Positions 1 through 9,022 of a stretch of 30,147 nucleotides of DNA are shown here, one piece after another. The position numbers and the translations under genes were made by a program. Source of the DNA: Myxococcales bacterium (GTDB taxonomy: Bacteria > Myxococcota_A > UBA9042 > JABWCM01 > BTVJ01); assembly GCA_045863395.1 (NCBI GenBank), contig BTVJ01000092.1, forward strand, positions 1 to 30,147, in the 5' to 3' direction. The notes under the pieces were generated by a model, which saw nothing but the letters and a program-made list of their open reading frames with translations, was not told where the DNA came from and ran no database searches. Each line of letters begins with the position of its first letter. The stretch's first letter is position 1.

Positions 1-2
1 AG

Positions 3-152
3 ACGGACTGCGCCGACGAGGACTGCGCCGACGACGTGGCGTGCGTGCCGGCGACGGAGACCGTCTGCACGGGCGGCGTGGACGAGGACAAGGACGGCGA
101 CACGGACTGCGACGACGCCGACTGCGCCGCCGACCCGGCCTGCGCTCCGTGA
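3..152 (+). CDS. 3' end of a Cys/Asp-rich repeat protein (partial)
   Basis: Frame 3 reads TDCADEDCADDVACVPATETVCTGGVDEDKDGDTDCDDADCAADPACAP*, an E-x-C-x-x-G-x-D-x-D-x-D-G-x-x-DC-x-D-x-DC repeat typical of secreted myxobacterial proteins. Its TGA (150-152) overlaps the next GTG. It is absent from the ORF track because it is truncated. Confidence 0.8.
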   Translation, partial: TDCADEDCADDVACVPATETVCTGGVDEDKDGDTDCDDADCAADPACAP

Positions 153-1003
153 CCGCGGCGGCGCCCATCCGGGACGCCGCGACCGTCGTCCTCCTGCGGC
201 CCGCCGATGGGCTGGGCCAGACCTACCGCATCTACTTCGTCAAGCGACACGCCAAGAGCGGCTTCTTCGCCAACGCCCATGTGTTCCCCGGCGGCAAGCT
301 GGACGCGTCGGACCGTGCCGCAGCGGTGGACCTGAACCCATCGCAGGCCTGTGCGCGGTTGCGCGAGGACTGCGACGGGTCGTTGGCGGTTGGCCTGCAT
401 GTGGCTGCCGTCCGAGAGACCTTTGAGGAGGCGGGGGTGCTCCTGGCGGTGGGAGCTGGCGGTGATTCCTCCGGGGTGCCCGGCTTCACCGGGCGCCTCG
501 ACGCGTGGCGGGCCCGGCTGAGCGCCGGGGACGCCACGTTCTCCCAGATGATCGCGGCAGAGGGCTTGGTGGTGGGCGCCGCGGCGCTGCTGCCCTGGTC
601 CCGCTGGATCACTCCCGAGATCGAGCCTCGACGGTTCGACACACGCTTCTTCGTGGCGGCCCTCCCTGACGGCCAGGAGCCGCTACACGATGAGCGCGAG
701 ACGACCGCCGGAGAGTGGTTGTCACCGGACGAGGCGATCACTGCCTACCAGGAGCGGCGCATCCAGCTTGCGCCGCCGACCCTGCGGACCCTGGAGGAGC
801 TCAGCGACCTGCCCACCGTCGAGGCGGTGCTCGCTCAGCGACGGGCGCTCCACCCCATTCGGCCCGCGTTCGTGAACGACTCGGGCGCCTTCGTCCTCGC
901 GCTGCCCGGCGACCCCCTGTACCCCGATCAGGACCAGACGGTTTCGCAGGGGATCGACCGCTTCACCCTGTCGGATGGCCTCTGGGTCAGCCGACGACGG
1001 TGA
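149..1003 (+). CDS. Nudix hydrolase, NUDT19-like (putative acyl-CoA diphosphatase)
   Basis: Motifs RDAATVVLLR, HVFPGGKLD...AAVRETFEEAG (Nudix box split by a ~30 aa insertion), WSRWITPE...RRFDTRFF and LAPPT. Start re-assigned to GTG 149 (GTGA overlap). Confidence 0.85.
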   Translation: MTAAAPIRDAATVVLLRPADGLGQTYRIYFVKRHAKSGFFANAHVFPGGKLDASDRAAAVDLNPSQACARLREDCDGSLAVGLHVAAVRETFEEAGVLLAVGAGGDSSGVPGFTGRLDAWRARLSAGDATFSQMIAAEGLVVGAAALLPWSRWITPEIEPRRFDTRFFVAALPDGQEPLHDERETTAGEWLSPDEAITAYQERRIQLAPPTLRTLEELSDLPTVEAVLAQRRALHPIRPAFVNDSGAFVLALPGDPLYPDQDQTVSQGIDRFTLSDGLWVSRRR

Positions 1004-1396
1004 TCACCGCTCGTCCGATCCTTTGCTCAGCCGGTCTCGCCCCTCCTGCCCCTGCTGGTAGCGCCCCAGGGCGATGATGTATCGCAGGGTCACGTCCTCC
1101 GGCACGTCGTGCTCCTTCTTCACGGCCTTGGCGATCACCGAGACATGACGCCCCTTGCCCAGCTCCTCGACGATCAGGGGCGTCGATTCGGAGAGGCGCT
1201 CGCCATAGCGCTCCAGCTCCTCAGGGGTCAGTGAGACGCGGGTCTGGACGATTCGGTCCTTGACGATGAGTAGGATGCCATAGATGGCAGCAAGGGCGCC
1301 AAGAATCGGCTTGAAGAGCGAAAAATCAATGATGGTCCAGGCAAACAAGGCCGTCGAGGCCAGGAGCCACAGGATGGCCTGGGTGCGGGTCGACAT
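1004..1396 (-). CDS. Small membrane protein (two N-terminal TM helices, soluble helical C-terminus)
   Basis: C-terminal 130 aa of ORF 1004..2164, starting MSTRTQAILWLLASTALFAW. The upstream part of that ORF is an antisense shadow of the ABC ATPase. Confidence 0.7.
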   Translation of the reverse strand: MSTRTQAILWLLASTALFAWTIIDFSLFKPILGALAAIYGILLIVKDRIVQTRVSLTPEELERYGERLSESTPLIVEELGKGRHVSVIAKAVKKEHDVPEDVTLRYIIALGRYQQGQEGRDRLSKGSDER

Positions 1397-1491
1397 GCTG
1401 CGCTTCCACCGGGGACGCCGTCTCGCGAGGCGCACCGCTCGCCCCGCCCCCGCACGGGCCACCTGCCCGGGCGCGCGCGGCGACAATGTGA

Positions 1492-1522
1492 TTGACGATG
1501 CGGCGCCGCTGCCGCATACCGT
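1492..1522 (+). promoter_or_regulatory. Putative sigma70 promoter, probably giving a leaderless transcript
   Basis: TTGACG-19 nt-TACCGT, followed 6 nt later by ATG 1529. There is no Shine-Dalgarno, and the spacer is long. Confidence 0.4.
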
Positions 1523-1528
1523 TCCTCC

Positions 1529-2446
1529 ATGCTGCTGGAGCTGCGCGGTCTGAGCAAGTACTACGGTGCCTACCAGGCGCTCAAGGACGTGTCCGTCGAT
1601 GTGCGAGAGGGGTGCGTGGGCCTGCTGGGGCCGAACGGCGCAGGCAAGAGCACGCTCATCCGCACGATCCTGGGCCTCCTCGACTTCGCGGCGGGGGAGG
1701 GCCGCGTCCTGGGGCACGACATCCGTCGCCAGTGCATGGCGGTGAGGCAGCGGGCCGGCTACATGCCGGAGCACGACGCGGCCTTCCCTGGCACGACGGG
1801 GCTGGAGATGGCCGCCTACGGGGCGGAGCTGTCCGGGCTGCGGCGCGACGATGCCATCAGCCGCGCCCACGAGATGCTCGACTACGTGGGCCTCGGGGAG
1901 GAGCGATACCGCCCGACGGAGGAGTACTCGACGGGCATGAAGCAGCGGGCCAAGCTGGCGCAGGCGCTGGTGCATGGACCCGAGCTGGTGCTCCTCGACG
2001 AGCCGACCAACGGCCTCGACCCCATCGGGCGCGAAGAGATGCTCTGGCTCATCGGCGACGTGGCGCGGGCCGGGGTCAACGTCATCCTGTCGAGCCACCT
2101 GCTGCACGACGTGGAGCGGGTCTGCGACAGCGTGATCCTCATGCAGGACGGCCGCGTGACCCACTACGGCGACGTGGCCACCTTCACGAAGGGCGAGGCC
2201 GAGCAGGTGGAGCTGGAGCTGCGCGGGGGCGGGGGCCTGGACGCCTTCATCGCCGCCGCCGCGGCCCGCGGCATCGCCATGGAGCGCCTCGACGATCCGG
2301 ACCGCCTGCAGGCGTCAATGGTCCGGGGAGACGAGGCCGAAGTGCTGCTGGCGCTGGCGGTGGCCGGCGGCTACGAGGTGCGCCACCTGGCGCCGCGGTC
2401 CGTGACCTTGGAGAGCGCCTTCATGCGCTTCGTGGAGGGCGCATGA
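1529..2446 (+). CDS. ABC transporter ATP-binding protein (ABC-2/DrrA-like)
   Basis: Walker A GPNGAGKS, signature YSTGMKQR, Walker B LLDEPTNGLD, H-loop SSHLL. Confidence 0.95.
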   Translation: MLLELRGLSKYYGAYQALKDVSVDVREGCVGLLGPNGAGKSTLIRTILGLLDFAAGEGRVLGHDIRRQCMAVRQRAGYMPEHDAAFPGTTGLEMAAYGAELSGLRRDDAISRAHEMLDYVGLGEERYRPTEEYSTGMKQRAKLAQALVHGPELVLLDEPTNGLDPIGREEMLWLIGDVARAGVNVILSSHLLHDVERVCDSVILMQDGRVTHYGDVATFTKGEAEQVELELRGGGGLDAFIAAAAARGIAMERLDDPDRLQASMVRGDEAEVLLALAVAGGYEVRHLAPRSVTLESAFMRFVEGA

Positions 2447-3276
2447 GCATCCATCGCAAGGCGTATACGCCGTTTCGCGGGGAGGTGACGCCGAGGGGCA
2501 GCCGGAGCCTCGTGATCGCCCGCCGCGAGCTGCGGCTCGCCATGGGCCGGAGCTGGGTGCGGCGGCTCCTCGCCGTGTCCTTCCTGCCGCTCCTTGGCTG
2601 CATCATCTTCCTGTACGTGCGCCTCGTCGTGGAGCAGGCGACGGCGCTCACCATCTGGGACGGCTTCCTCTTCGAGACCCTGTACCGGGTGCAGTCGCTG
2701 TTCGTGATGCTGCTGATGGCCGTCGTCGGAGCGGACCTCATCGCCAAGGACACCGCCGCTCGCGCCCACTCGCTCTACTTCTCGAGGCCCCTGGCCGTGG
2801 GCGACTACGTGCGCGGCAAGCTCCTCTCTGTCGCCGCCCTGCTGGCGGTGGTCATCGTGGTTCCGGGGCTGCTGCTGGACATTGCGCAGTTGCTGCTGTC
2901 CCGCGAGGCGGACGTGGGCGCCTTCGTGCGGTCCCTGCTCGGCGTCTCGATCTATGGCGCCATCGTGGCCGGCGTCGGGTCGGCGATCATCGGGTGGCTC
3001 TCGTCGCTCGGGCAGCGCGCCCGATGGGTGGGCATCGGGTGGGTGGCGGCGTGGCTGCTGACCGACGGGATGTCACAGGCGCTCCAGGCGATCCTCGGCG
3101 AGGGTGGTGGCGCGCGGCTCCTGTCCATCCCCGCGCTCTTCGTGGACACGGCGCGCTTCCTGCTGGCGCCGACGGACGAGGGACCGGCCGCGCTCGTGCT
3201 GCTGGTGGGGGCGGGCGCGCTGTGTTGGTGGCTGCTCCACCGGCGCATGGTGGTCCTCGAGCGGCGGGAGGGCTGA
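2443..3276 (+). CDS. ABC-2 type permease
   Basis: Starts MSIHRKAY at an ATGA overlap. About 6 TM segments and the motif DLIAKD...LYFSRPL..GDYVRGKL. Confidence 0.9.
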   Translation: MSIHRKAYTPFRGEVTPRGSRSLVIARRELRLAMGRSWVRRLLAVSFLPLLGCIIFLYVRLVVEQATALTIWDGFLFETLYRVQSLFVMLLMAVVGADLIAKDTAARAHSLYFSRPLAVGDYVRGKLLSVAALLAVVIVVPGLLLDIAQLLLSREADVGAFVRSLLGVSIYGAIVAGVGSAIIGWLSSLGQRARWVGIGWVAAWLLTDGMSQALQAILGEGGGARLLSIPALFVDTARFLLAPTDEGPAALVLLVGAGALCWWLLHRRMVVLERREG

Positions 3277-3280
3277 GCGG

Positions 3281-4198
3281 ATGGCCGTCGTCGTGCTCGA
3301 CCAGGTGTCACGCTGGTACGGCCAGGTGCTGGGCCTCAACCGGGTCAGTGTCTCGCTGGCGCCGGGCGTCACGGGGTTGCTCGGGCCCAACGGCGCAGGC
3401 AAGTCCACGTTCATGAAGCTGATCACGGGGCTGTTGCGCCCGTCGGCCGGCGTGGTCCGCGTGCTCGGAGAGTCTCCCTGGGACAACCCGGCCCTCATGC
3501 GCCGCATCGGCTACGTGCCGGACATCGACAGCTTCTACGAGGAGATGACCGGGCGCGAGCTCGTGACCATGCTGACCCGGTTGCACGGGTTTTCGCCGTC
3601 GGAGGCCGCCGATCGGGCCGAGCGCGCCCTCCAGGACGTCCGCCTGGGCGACGCCATGGACCGCCCGGTGGCGCGGTACTCCAAGGGCATGCGGCAGAAG
3701 TGCAAGATGGCCCAGGCCATCGCCCACGAGCCGGACCTGCTGGTCCTCGACGAGCCCCTGACTGGCGCGGACCCGGTGAGCCGCCACCACCTCATCGAGC
3801 TGGTGCGCCGCATGGCCCGCGAGCGGGGCACGAGCGTCATCGTGTCGAGCCACGTGCTCCACGAGGTGGAGGCGCTCACGCGCGAGATCCTGCTGATCCA
3901 CCGGGGGCGAGTGCTCGCCGAGGGCTCCGTGCGCCAGCTCCGCGACCTCATCGACGAGCACCCCCACCGCGTGCACATCGGGTGTGACAAGCCGCGCGAG
4001 CTGGCCGCCCTGGCTGTCGCTCAGCCCTTCGTGCTGGCCGCGAGGGTTCGGGACGAGGTCCTGGAGCTGGAGACCCCGGACCCGGCGACCTGCTACCGGG
4101 AGCTCCCGCGCCTCGCCCTGGAGGCTGGCTTGCGTCTGCGGACCATCACGAGCCCGGACAACAGCATCGAGGCGGTCTTCCGCTACCTGGTAGGTTGA
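3281..4198 (+). CDS. Second ABC transporter ATP-binding protein
   Basis: Start MAVVVLDQVSRWYG, with GPNGAGKST, YSKGMRQK, LDEPLTGAD and SSHVL. Confidence 0.95.
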   Translation: MAVVVLDQVSRWYGQVLGLNRVSVSLAPGVTGLLGPNGAGKSTFMKLITGLLRPSAGVVRVLGESPWDNPALMRRIGYVPDIDSFYEEMTGRELVTMLTRLHGFSPSEAADRAERALQDVRLGDAMDRPVARYSKGMRQKCKMAQAIAHEPDLLVLDEPLTGADPVSRHHLIELVRRMARERGTSVIVSSHVLHEVEALTREILLIHRGRVLAEGSVRQLRDLIDEHPHRVHIGCDKPRELAALAVAQPFVLAARVRDEVLELETPDPATCYRELPRLALEAGLRLRTITSPDNSIEAVFRYLVG

Positions 4199-4201
4199 GC
4201 G

Positions 4202-4966
4202 ATGGCGCACCTCCCCACCTTTGGCGCGTCTACGGTTGCCATGGCGCGCCTGTTCTTTCGGACCATCGTCGGCACCCGCAAGACGTGGGTGATGGCGCTC
4301 GTGGTGCTCGGGGGGCTCGCCATCGCCGTCATCGGGCGCCTGTTCGGCCCGAGCCACGCACAGGCGCGCATCTACGGCGTCCTGCTCAGCCAGGTGACCC
4401 TCGGCTTCGTGGTGCAGCTCCTCGGCCTGTTGTACGGGATCGCCGCGGTCCGTGAGGACGTGGAGGCCCGCACCCTGACCTGGCTCCTCGTGCGGCCGAT
4501 TCCCCGGGCCGCCATCGTTCTGGGGCGCTGGCTCGGCGCCCTCGCGCTCGTCACGGGGGTGATGGTCGCCTTCGCGCTGGTCACGCACCTGGTGGCGGGC
4601 ACGGTGGGGCCGAGCCTCGCCGTCGTGCTTGGGGCCACCGCTCTTGGGGCCATCTACTACACCACCGCCTTCGTCGCCATCGCGACGGTCGCCCCGCGCC
4701 CCTTCCTCGTGGGGCTCGGGTACATCCTCTTCTGGGAGTTCGCCCTGCCGCTGGTGCCGAGCAACGCCGCGACCCTCAGCATGAAGTTCCACCTGCTCAA
4801 CCTGATCGGTACCCCGACGGCGGCGAGCGGCCCCCTGTCCTTCCTGGTCCCGACGGTCGACCCGTGGAGCAGCCTCCTGACCCTCGTCCTGCTCACGGGG
4901 GCGCTCGGAGCGTTGGCGCTCTGGGTCTTCCCGCGGCGGGAGCTCCTCGGGTCGCGTGAGAGCTGA
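4202..4966 (+). CDS. Second ABC-2 type permease
   Basis: About 6 TM segments and the motif EDVEARTLTWLLVRPIPR..IVLGRWL. Confidence 0.9.
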   Translation: MAHLPTFGASTVAMARLFFRTIVGTRKTWVMALVVLGGLAIAVIGRLFGPSHAQARIYGVLLSQVTLGFVVQLLGLLYGIAAVREDVEARTLTWLLVRPIPRAAIVLGRWLGALALVTGVMVAFALVTHLVAGTVGPSLAVVLGATALGAIYYTTAFVAIATVAPRPFLVGLGYILFWEFALPLVPSNAATLSMKFHLLNLIGTPTAASGPLSFLVPTVDPWSSLLTLVLLTGALGALALWVFPRRELLGSRES

Positions 4967-4969
4967 GGC

Positions 4970-5569
4970 TCAGGGCCGCGGTCGCGGCACGAAGTCAGCG
5001 GGCAGGAGCGGCCCCTCCCGCACGAGCACCCAGTAGTCAGGTAGCGGCACGGACACGGGCCCGAAGCGGAAGATCTCCCAGCCGAGCAGCAGCTCCATGG
5101 ACCCGGCGTTGACCGCGACCAGTGGGCAGTAGCCAGCACGGGCGGGCCAGTCGCCGAAGCGGTTGCCGGCGAATCGGTAATCCAGGTAGTGCTCGCCCTG
5201 CCACCCGCGGGGGAAGGGGAGCCCCCTTGCCGACCGCACCTCGTAGTGGCCGAAGGTGAGCGGTCGCCCCTTGGCGTCGCGGCGGGGCGCGGGCGCCTGC
5301 TCCCACCCGGTCTGCTCCACCTTCACGTTCCAGCCGCGCAGCACGCCGGTGACCGGGTCACGGTGGAAGGTCTTGCGGAAGCTCCGCCACAGGAGCCGGT
5401 GCATGAAGCCGGGCAGCGACAGGTCGATGCCCGTATAGGACGTGTCGGCGAGGGCATCCAGGTCCAAGGGGGCGGCGGCAGCGATGATGGCGTGCAGCCT
5501 GCGGCGGTCCATGGCGAGCAGGTCGTCGAGGCCGAAGGGACCCTGCTGGGTGGGGACGAGGGCGGTCAC
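4970..5569 (-). CDS. Hypothetical soluble protein (aromatic-rich, probably beta-stranded)
   Basis: GTG start 7 nt after GAGGAG. Motifs WRSFRKTF, RGWNV, YLDY...N and PLVAVNAGSMELLLGW. Codon usage is coding-like. Confidence 0.75.
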   Translation of the reverse strand: MTALVPTQQGPFGLDDLLAMDRRRLHAIIAAAAPLDLDALADTSYTGIDLSLPGFMHRLLWRSFRKTFHRDPVTGVLRGWNVKVEQTGWEQAPAPRRDAKGRPLTFGHYEVRSARGLPFPRGWQGEHYLDYRFAGNRFGDWPARAGYCPLVAVNAGSMELLLGWEIFRFGPVSVPLPDYWVLVREGPLLPADFVPRPRP

Positions 5570-5682
5570 TGCGAGCTCCTCAGTGGAAGGACATGGCCCC
5601 GCCTGCGGCCTCGCCAGACCTCCAGCGGCGTGCACGGGACCCTCGATGGATCAGCTCGTCCTGCACCGGTGCCTGACTGCGT

Positions 5683-7110
5683 TCAGGGCTTCACGATCTC
5701 CAGCTCGTCGAGCAGCTCGTTCCCGTCGCCCGACCACGCCTTGGCGCGCAGGGTCTTGCCCTCGACCTCGACCACGACGTAGTTGGCCTTCTCTCCATGG
5801 GCCGATGCCGCCGTCCACCAGTCCTTGCCGTTCGAGTAGGGCGGCGAGAAGAAGCCACCGGCCACGATGTACGTGACGCCCTCGGCGGTGCTCACCTCCT
5901 GGTTGGCCTTGATGGGAACGGTGCGCTCGTAGTTGTGGTCATGGCCCGAGAAGGCGACGTCTACGCTGTGCTTCTCGAACACCGGCACCCAGAGGTCCTG
6001 GACGCGCTTCGTCGAGCCGTGGTTCGTGCACGCCGAGTACGCCGGGTGGTGCATCATCGTGATGATCCAGTCGATGTCGGGGTCCTTCCGCGCAGCGGCC
6101 AGATCCGCGTCGAGCCAGGGCACCTGGGCGGCGGCCGCCTCCTCCGTGTTGGAGTCCAGGCCCACGAAGTGGATGTTGCCGAGGTCGAAGGACCACGCGT
6201 GCTCCCGGTACTCGTCTGGGAGGTCGCCACGGTCGGGCAGGGCGAGCTGCGCATAGTAGATGTCTGCAAAGAACTCGTGGTTGCCCTGGACGGCCATCAG
6301 CACGCGCCGAATCGTGATGGCCGACATGGCCGTCCACCACGTGTCGAACTCGGCCTGGAGGCCCGCGGCGGTGAAGTCACCGTTGAAGAACCAGAGCACG
6401 GCGTCGATGGCGGCGAGGCGCTCTGCGTGTTGGGAGATGACCTCCTGGCCGCCGCGGCTGTCACCGGCAAGCACGAAGCGTATGGGGCCCCTTGCCCCCT
6501 TCGCGGGTCCCGTGCGGAGCGTGTGCGTGGGCGACAGGTTCGGGCGCGTGAAGTGGCCGGTCTCCTCGTCGAAGGCCTCCCACGTCCCGACGCGGTAGAC
6601 GTAGTCCGTGTCCGGGGTGAGGCCGACGGCCTCCACGTGCCATGCCACGTAGTCACCGCCCAGAGCCATACCGCCGAGGCTCTCGTTGTAGACCTCGCCC
6701 TTGCCCTCGAACACCCAGGCGTCCGCAAAGGGCATGACCCTGTCCTCGCCTGCACCCTCGACCAGGCTGGCGGGTGCGATCCAGAGCCGAGGCGTGTAGC
6801 CCTCCAGGGAGACATCCGTGGTCGCCCAGCTCACCGTGATCGTCGAGCCTGGGTCGCCTTGCCACGTCATGTGGACGTTGCGCGGGTCGCGATCCATGTC
6901 CGTGACCCAGTCAGCGGGGTGCTTGACGGCGGTGGAGTCTCCCGGCAGCTCGGAGGCCTCGGCCACGTCCGTGGAGCCTCCCTCGGGGCCCCGGGTCGTG
7001 CCGACACCAGAGTCGCCGGCTGTGTGCGTCTCCTCGACGCGCTGGCCCTCGACGCCACAAGCCGCGACTGCCAACACGGCCACGACGGCGAACCAGGTAC
7101 GGTGACGCAT
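5683..7110 (-). CDS. Lipoprotein metallophosphoesterase with FN3 domain (purple acid phosphatase-like family)
   Basis: Lipobox VAAC and FN3-like HVEAVGLTPDTDYVYRVG. Metal motifs GDSR, NGDF, GNHE, MHHP and GHDHNYER. Confidence 0.9.
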   Translation of the reverse strand: MRHRTWFAVVAVLAVAACGVEGQRVEETHTAGDSGVGTTRGPEGGSTDVAEASELPGDSTAVKHPADWVTDMDRDPRNVHMTWQGDPGSTITVSWATTDVSLEGYTPRLWIAPASLVEGAGEDRVMPFADAWVFEGKGEVYNESLGGMALGGDYVAWHVEAVGLTPDTDYVYRVGTWEAFDEETGHFTRPNLSPTHTLRTGPAKGARGPIRFVLAGDSRGGQEVISQHAERLAAIDAVLWFFNGDFTAAGLQAEFDTWWTAMSAITIRRVLMAVQGNHEFFADIYYAQLALPDRGDLPDEYREHAWSFDLGNIHFVGLDSNTEEAAAAQVPWLDADLAAARKDPDIDWIITMMHHPAYSACTNHGSTKRVQDLWVPVFEKHSVDVAFSGHDHNYERTVPIKANQEVSTAEGVTYIVAGGFFSPPYSNGKDWWTAASAHGEKANYVVVEVEGKTLRAKAWSGDGNELLDELEIVKP

Positions 7111-7152
7111 TGCGGGTTCTCTCTCCGGGGCTCGGTCCGAGGCTTGCCTGGG

Positions 7153-8904
7153 TCACTCCGCCGGGCAGTCGTCCAGCTTGCCGCGCTCGTCGATGCCCAG
7201 GTAGGGGTGGAAGCAGTAGGTGTTCGAGAAGCCGGTCTTGGCCGCCGTGTCCCAGTTGGCCTTGAGGCTGTGGCGCTTCTCCACGAAGATCGCCGGGTCC
7301 AGGAAGATCGTGCCCCGCCCCATCTTGAAGAAGCTGCCCTGGGCAGGCTTCCAGTTCCAGGCCCACCCCGGGCGCCCGCCGTAGGTGCCCATGGCCGCCT
7401 GGAACAGGCTCGGCAGCCCCTTCAGGTTGCTCCCAGGGCGGCCGGAGATGGGCTCGTAGTCGAAGGATCCGTCGAACACGCCCCCCTCTCCCTTGGCGCC
7501 CCGCCGCGCCCAGAAGGCGGTCAAACCGTGCAGGAGCTGGAAGTCGATGCTCTCGCCTGCGCTGGGCCACGTGCCCCCCTTGGGCTGGATGGACGTGGCG
7601 ATGCCCTGGTCCAGCGCGTAGACCGCCGTCATCAGGGACGCCTGGATGCCGGCGTTCAGCTCGCACGCTCCGGGCCCGCTCGCGACCCAGGTGCAGGACT
7701 GGTGCGAAGGTGTCGTCAGGTAGCCCTGGAAGCGGCCGTCCACGAAGAGCACTGCCGGGTCGACAGCCTTCGTGACGTTGGGCTTGCCCGCCAGGTCGGT
7801 TCCAGCGGCCACCCACGCAAAGACCTCCTCGACCTCGTCGTCCCGCCCGTAGGTGTAGGCCGCGACGGGCGTCAGCTCCGGCAGCTTGCTCGCGACGATC
7901 AAGACGCCCGCCGTGTCGTTGGCGTGTGCCGTCTTGGGGGTACCCGTCGTGTCCCGGTAGGGCCAGAAGTAGGTGTAGGTGAAGTACAGGTGGCTCTGGG
8001 TCTCCGCCACGTCCCAGTACACGGCCGCCGGCAGCGACTTGGCCTTCTCCTGGACCCACGACGCATTGCCCATGGCGTCCCAGTCCCCGTCGGCGTCGAT
8101 GCGCGTCGGGTAGCTCACGACGGGCTTGGTCCCATTGACGGCGACCTGCACCGTCGGCGCCAGCGCCGCCGCCATCTGCGCGTAGCCGCCCAGGTTGGGC
8201 GGCGTCGTCGTGTAGAAGGTCGCAATGAAGGGAGCGCCCAGGTGGTTTCCCGCCACGTCCTGCACGATGGCGTCCACCGAGATGGTGTAGGGCGAGACCA
8301 GCGTCACCTTGGTCGGGTCGGGGGTCAGCGTCACCGTCGTCTTGTCCGCGGACAGCTCGGGCTTGCCGCCGATGGACTTGCCCGTGATGGAGAGCACGCG
8401 GACGTTGTTCTCGTCGATGGTCTCGGCCCGCATGGGCTCGCTGAAGGTGATGGTGACCTTCACGGGGAGGGCGACACCCTCCTCGCCGGCCGCCGGGCTG
8501 GTCGACAGCACCGTGGGCGGCTCCTCGTCCGGGTTGGTGCGGCCAAGATCCCACTGCACGGGCACGTCCTGAGGCTTGGCGGTGTCCACGGGCGCCGTCG
8601 TGTCGGGGATGGTCGCGACGTCCCCGCCGGTCGCGGCGTCGGCCCCGGTGCCCGTCCCGGCGTCATCCAGCGTGCCGGCGTCCGCGACGTCGGTCGCTCC
8701 GGCGTCCCCGTCCTCGGCGGTGCTCCCGTCAGTCGAGGTCGCGTCCGCTTCCGCGTCGCCGCTCGGCGCCTCGCAGAACCCGCTGTTGCAGACCTGGCCA
8801 CTCGGGCACTCCTTGTCGCTTGAGCAGCCCTCGTCCTCGGCGCAGGCGCCGAGCAGGAGGGCGGCCGCGCACGCCGCCAGTGGGTAGAGCATCCTCGTTT
8901 GCAC
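7153..8904 (-). CDS. Lipoprotein with Cys mini-domain, D/T/A linker, bacterial Ig-like (Big_5/SbsA) domain and uncharacterised C-terminal domain
   Basis: GTG start after GAGGAG and lipobox LGAC. The segment PPTVLSTSPAAGEEGV...ITFSEPM...VQDVAGN is the Big_5 pattern. Confidence 0.8.
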   Translation of the reverse strand: MQTRMLYPLAACAAALLLGACAEDEGCSSDKECPSGQVCNSGFCEAPSGDAEADATSTDGSTAEDGDAGATDVADAGTLDDAGTGTGADAATGGDVATIPDTTAPVDTAKPQDVPVQWDLGRTNPDEEPPTVLSTSPAAGEEGVALPVKVTITFSEPMRAETIDENNVRVLSITGKSIGGKPELSADKTTVTLTPDPTKVTLVSPYTISVDAIVQDVAGNHLGAPFIATFYTTTPPNLGGYAQMAAALAPTVQVAVNGTKPVVSYPTRIDADGDWDAMGNASWVQEKAKSLPAAVYWDVAETQSHLYFTYTYFWPYRDTTGTPKTAHANDTAGVLIVASKLPELTPVAAYTYGRDDEVEEVFAWVAAGTDLAGKPNVTKAVDPAVLFVDGRFQGYLTTPSHQSCTWVASGPGACELNAGIQASLMTAVYALDQGIATSIQPKGGTWPSAGESIDFQLLHGLTAFWARRGAKGEGGVFDGSFDYEPISGRPGSNLKGLPSLFQAAMGTYGGRPGWAWNWKPAQGSFFKMGRGTIFLDPAIFVEKRHSLKANWDTAAKTGFSNTYCFHPYLGIDERGKLDDCPAE

Positions 8905-8919
8905 CGCTTCACTCCTCGA

Positions 8920-8947
8920 TTGCATGGCCCGCACGGGCGGCTATACT
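8920..8947 (+). promoter_or_regulatory. Putative sigma70 promoter for the lolC/E-like gene
   Basis: TTGCAT-16 nt-TATACT in the divergent intergenic region. Confidence 0.5.
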
Positions 8948-9022
8948 CTGCCACCGCTCGCGGGCAAGTCAATGCGCCGTTCGCTCCGGCTGCCCCTCGG
9001 ACCGCAACCCGCCAGGACTCGG

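Noticed and set aside
1492..2442. N-terminal extension of ORF 1492..3276, suggesting a fusion protein
   Set aside because: It is an off-frame overlap with the ATPase. The real permease starts at the ATGA overlap at 2443.
5797..8823. 1008 aa plus-strand ORF, and similar long ORFs at 3308..4792, 8969..10720, 11686..13155, 14928..16181, 20271..21770 and 26949..29156
   Set aside because: These are antisense shadows of well-supported genes, as expected at high GC3, and they have no recognisable motifs.
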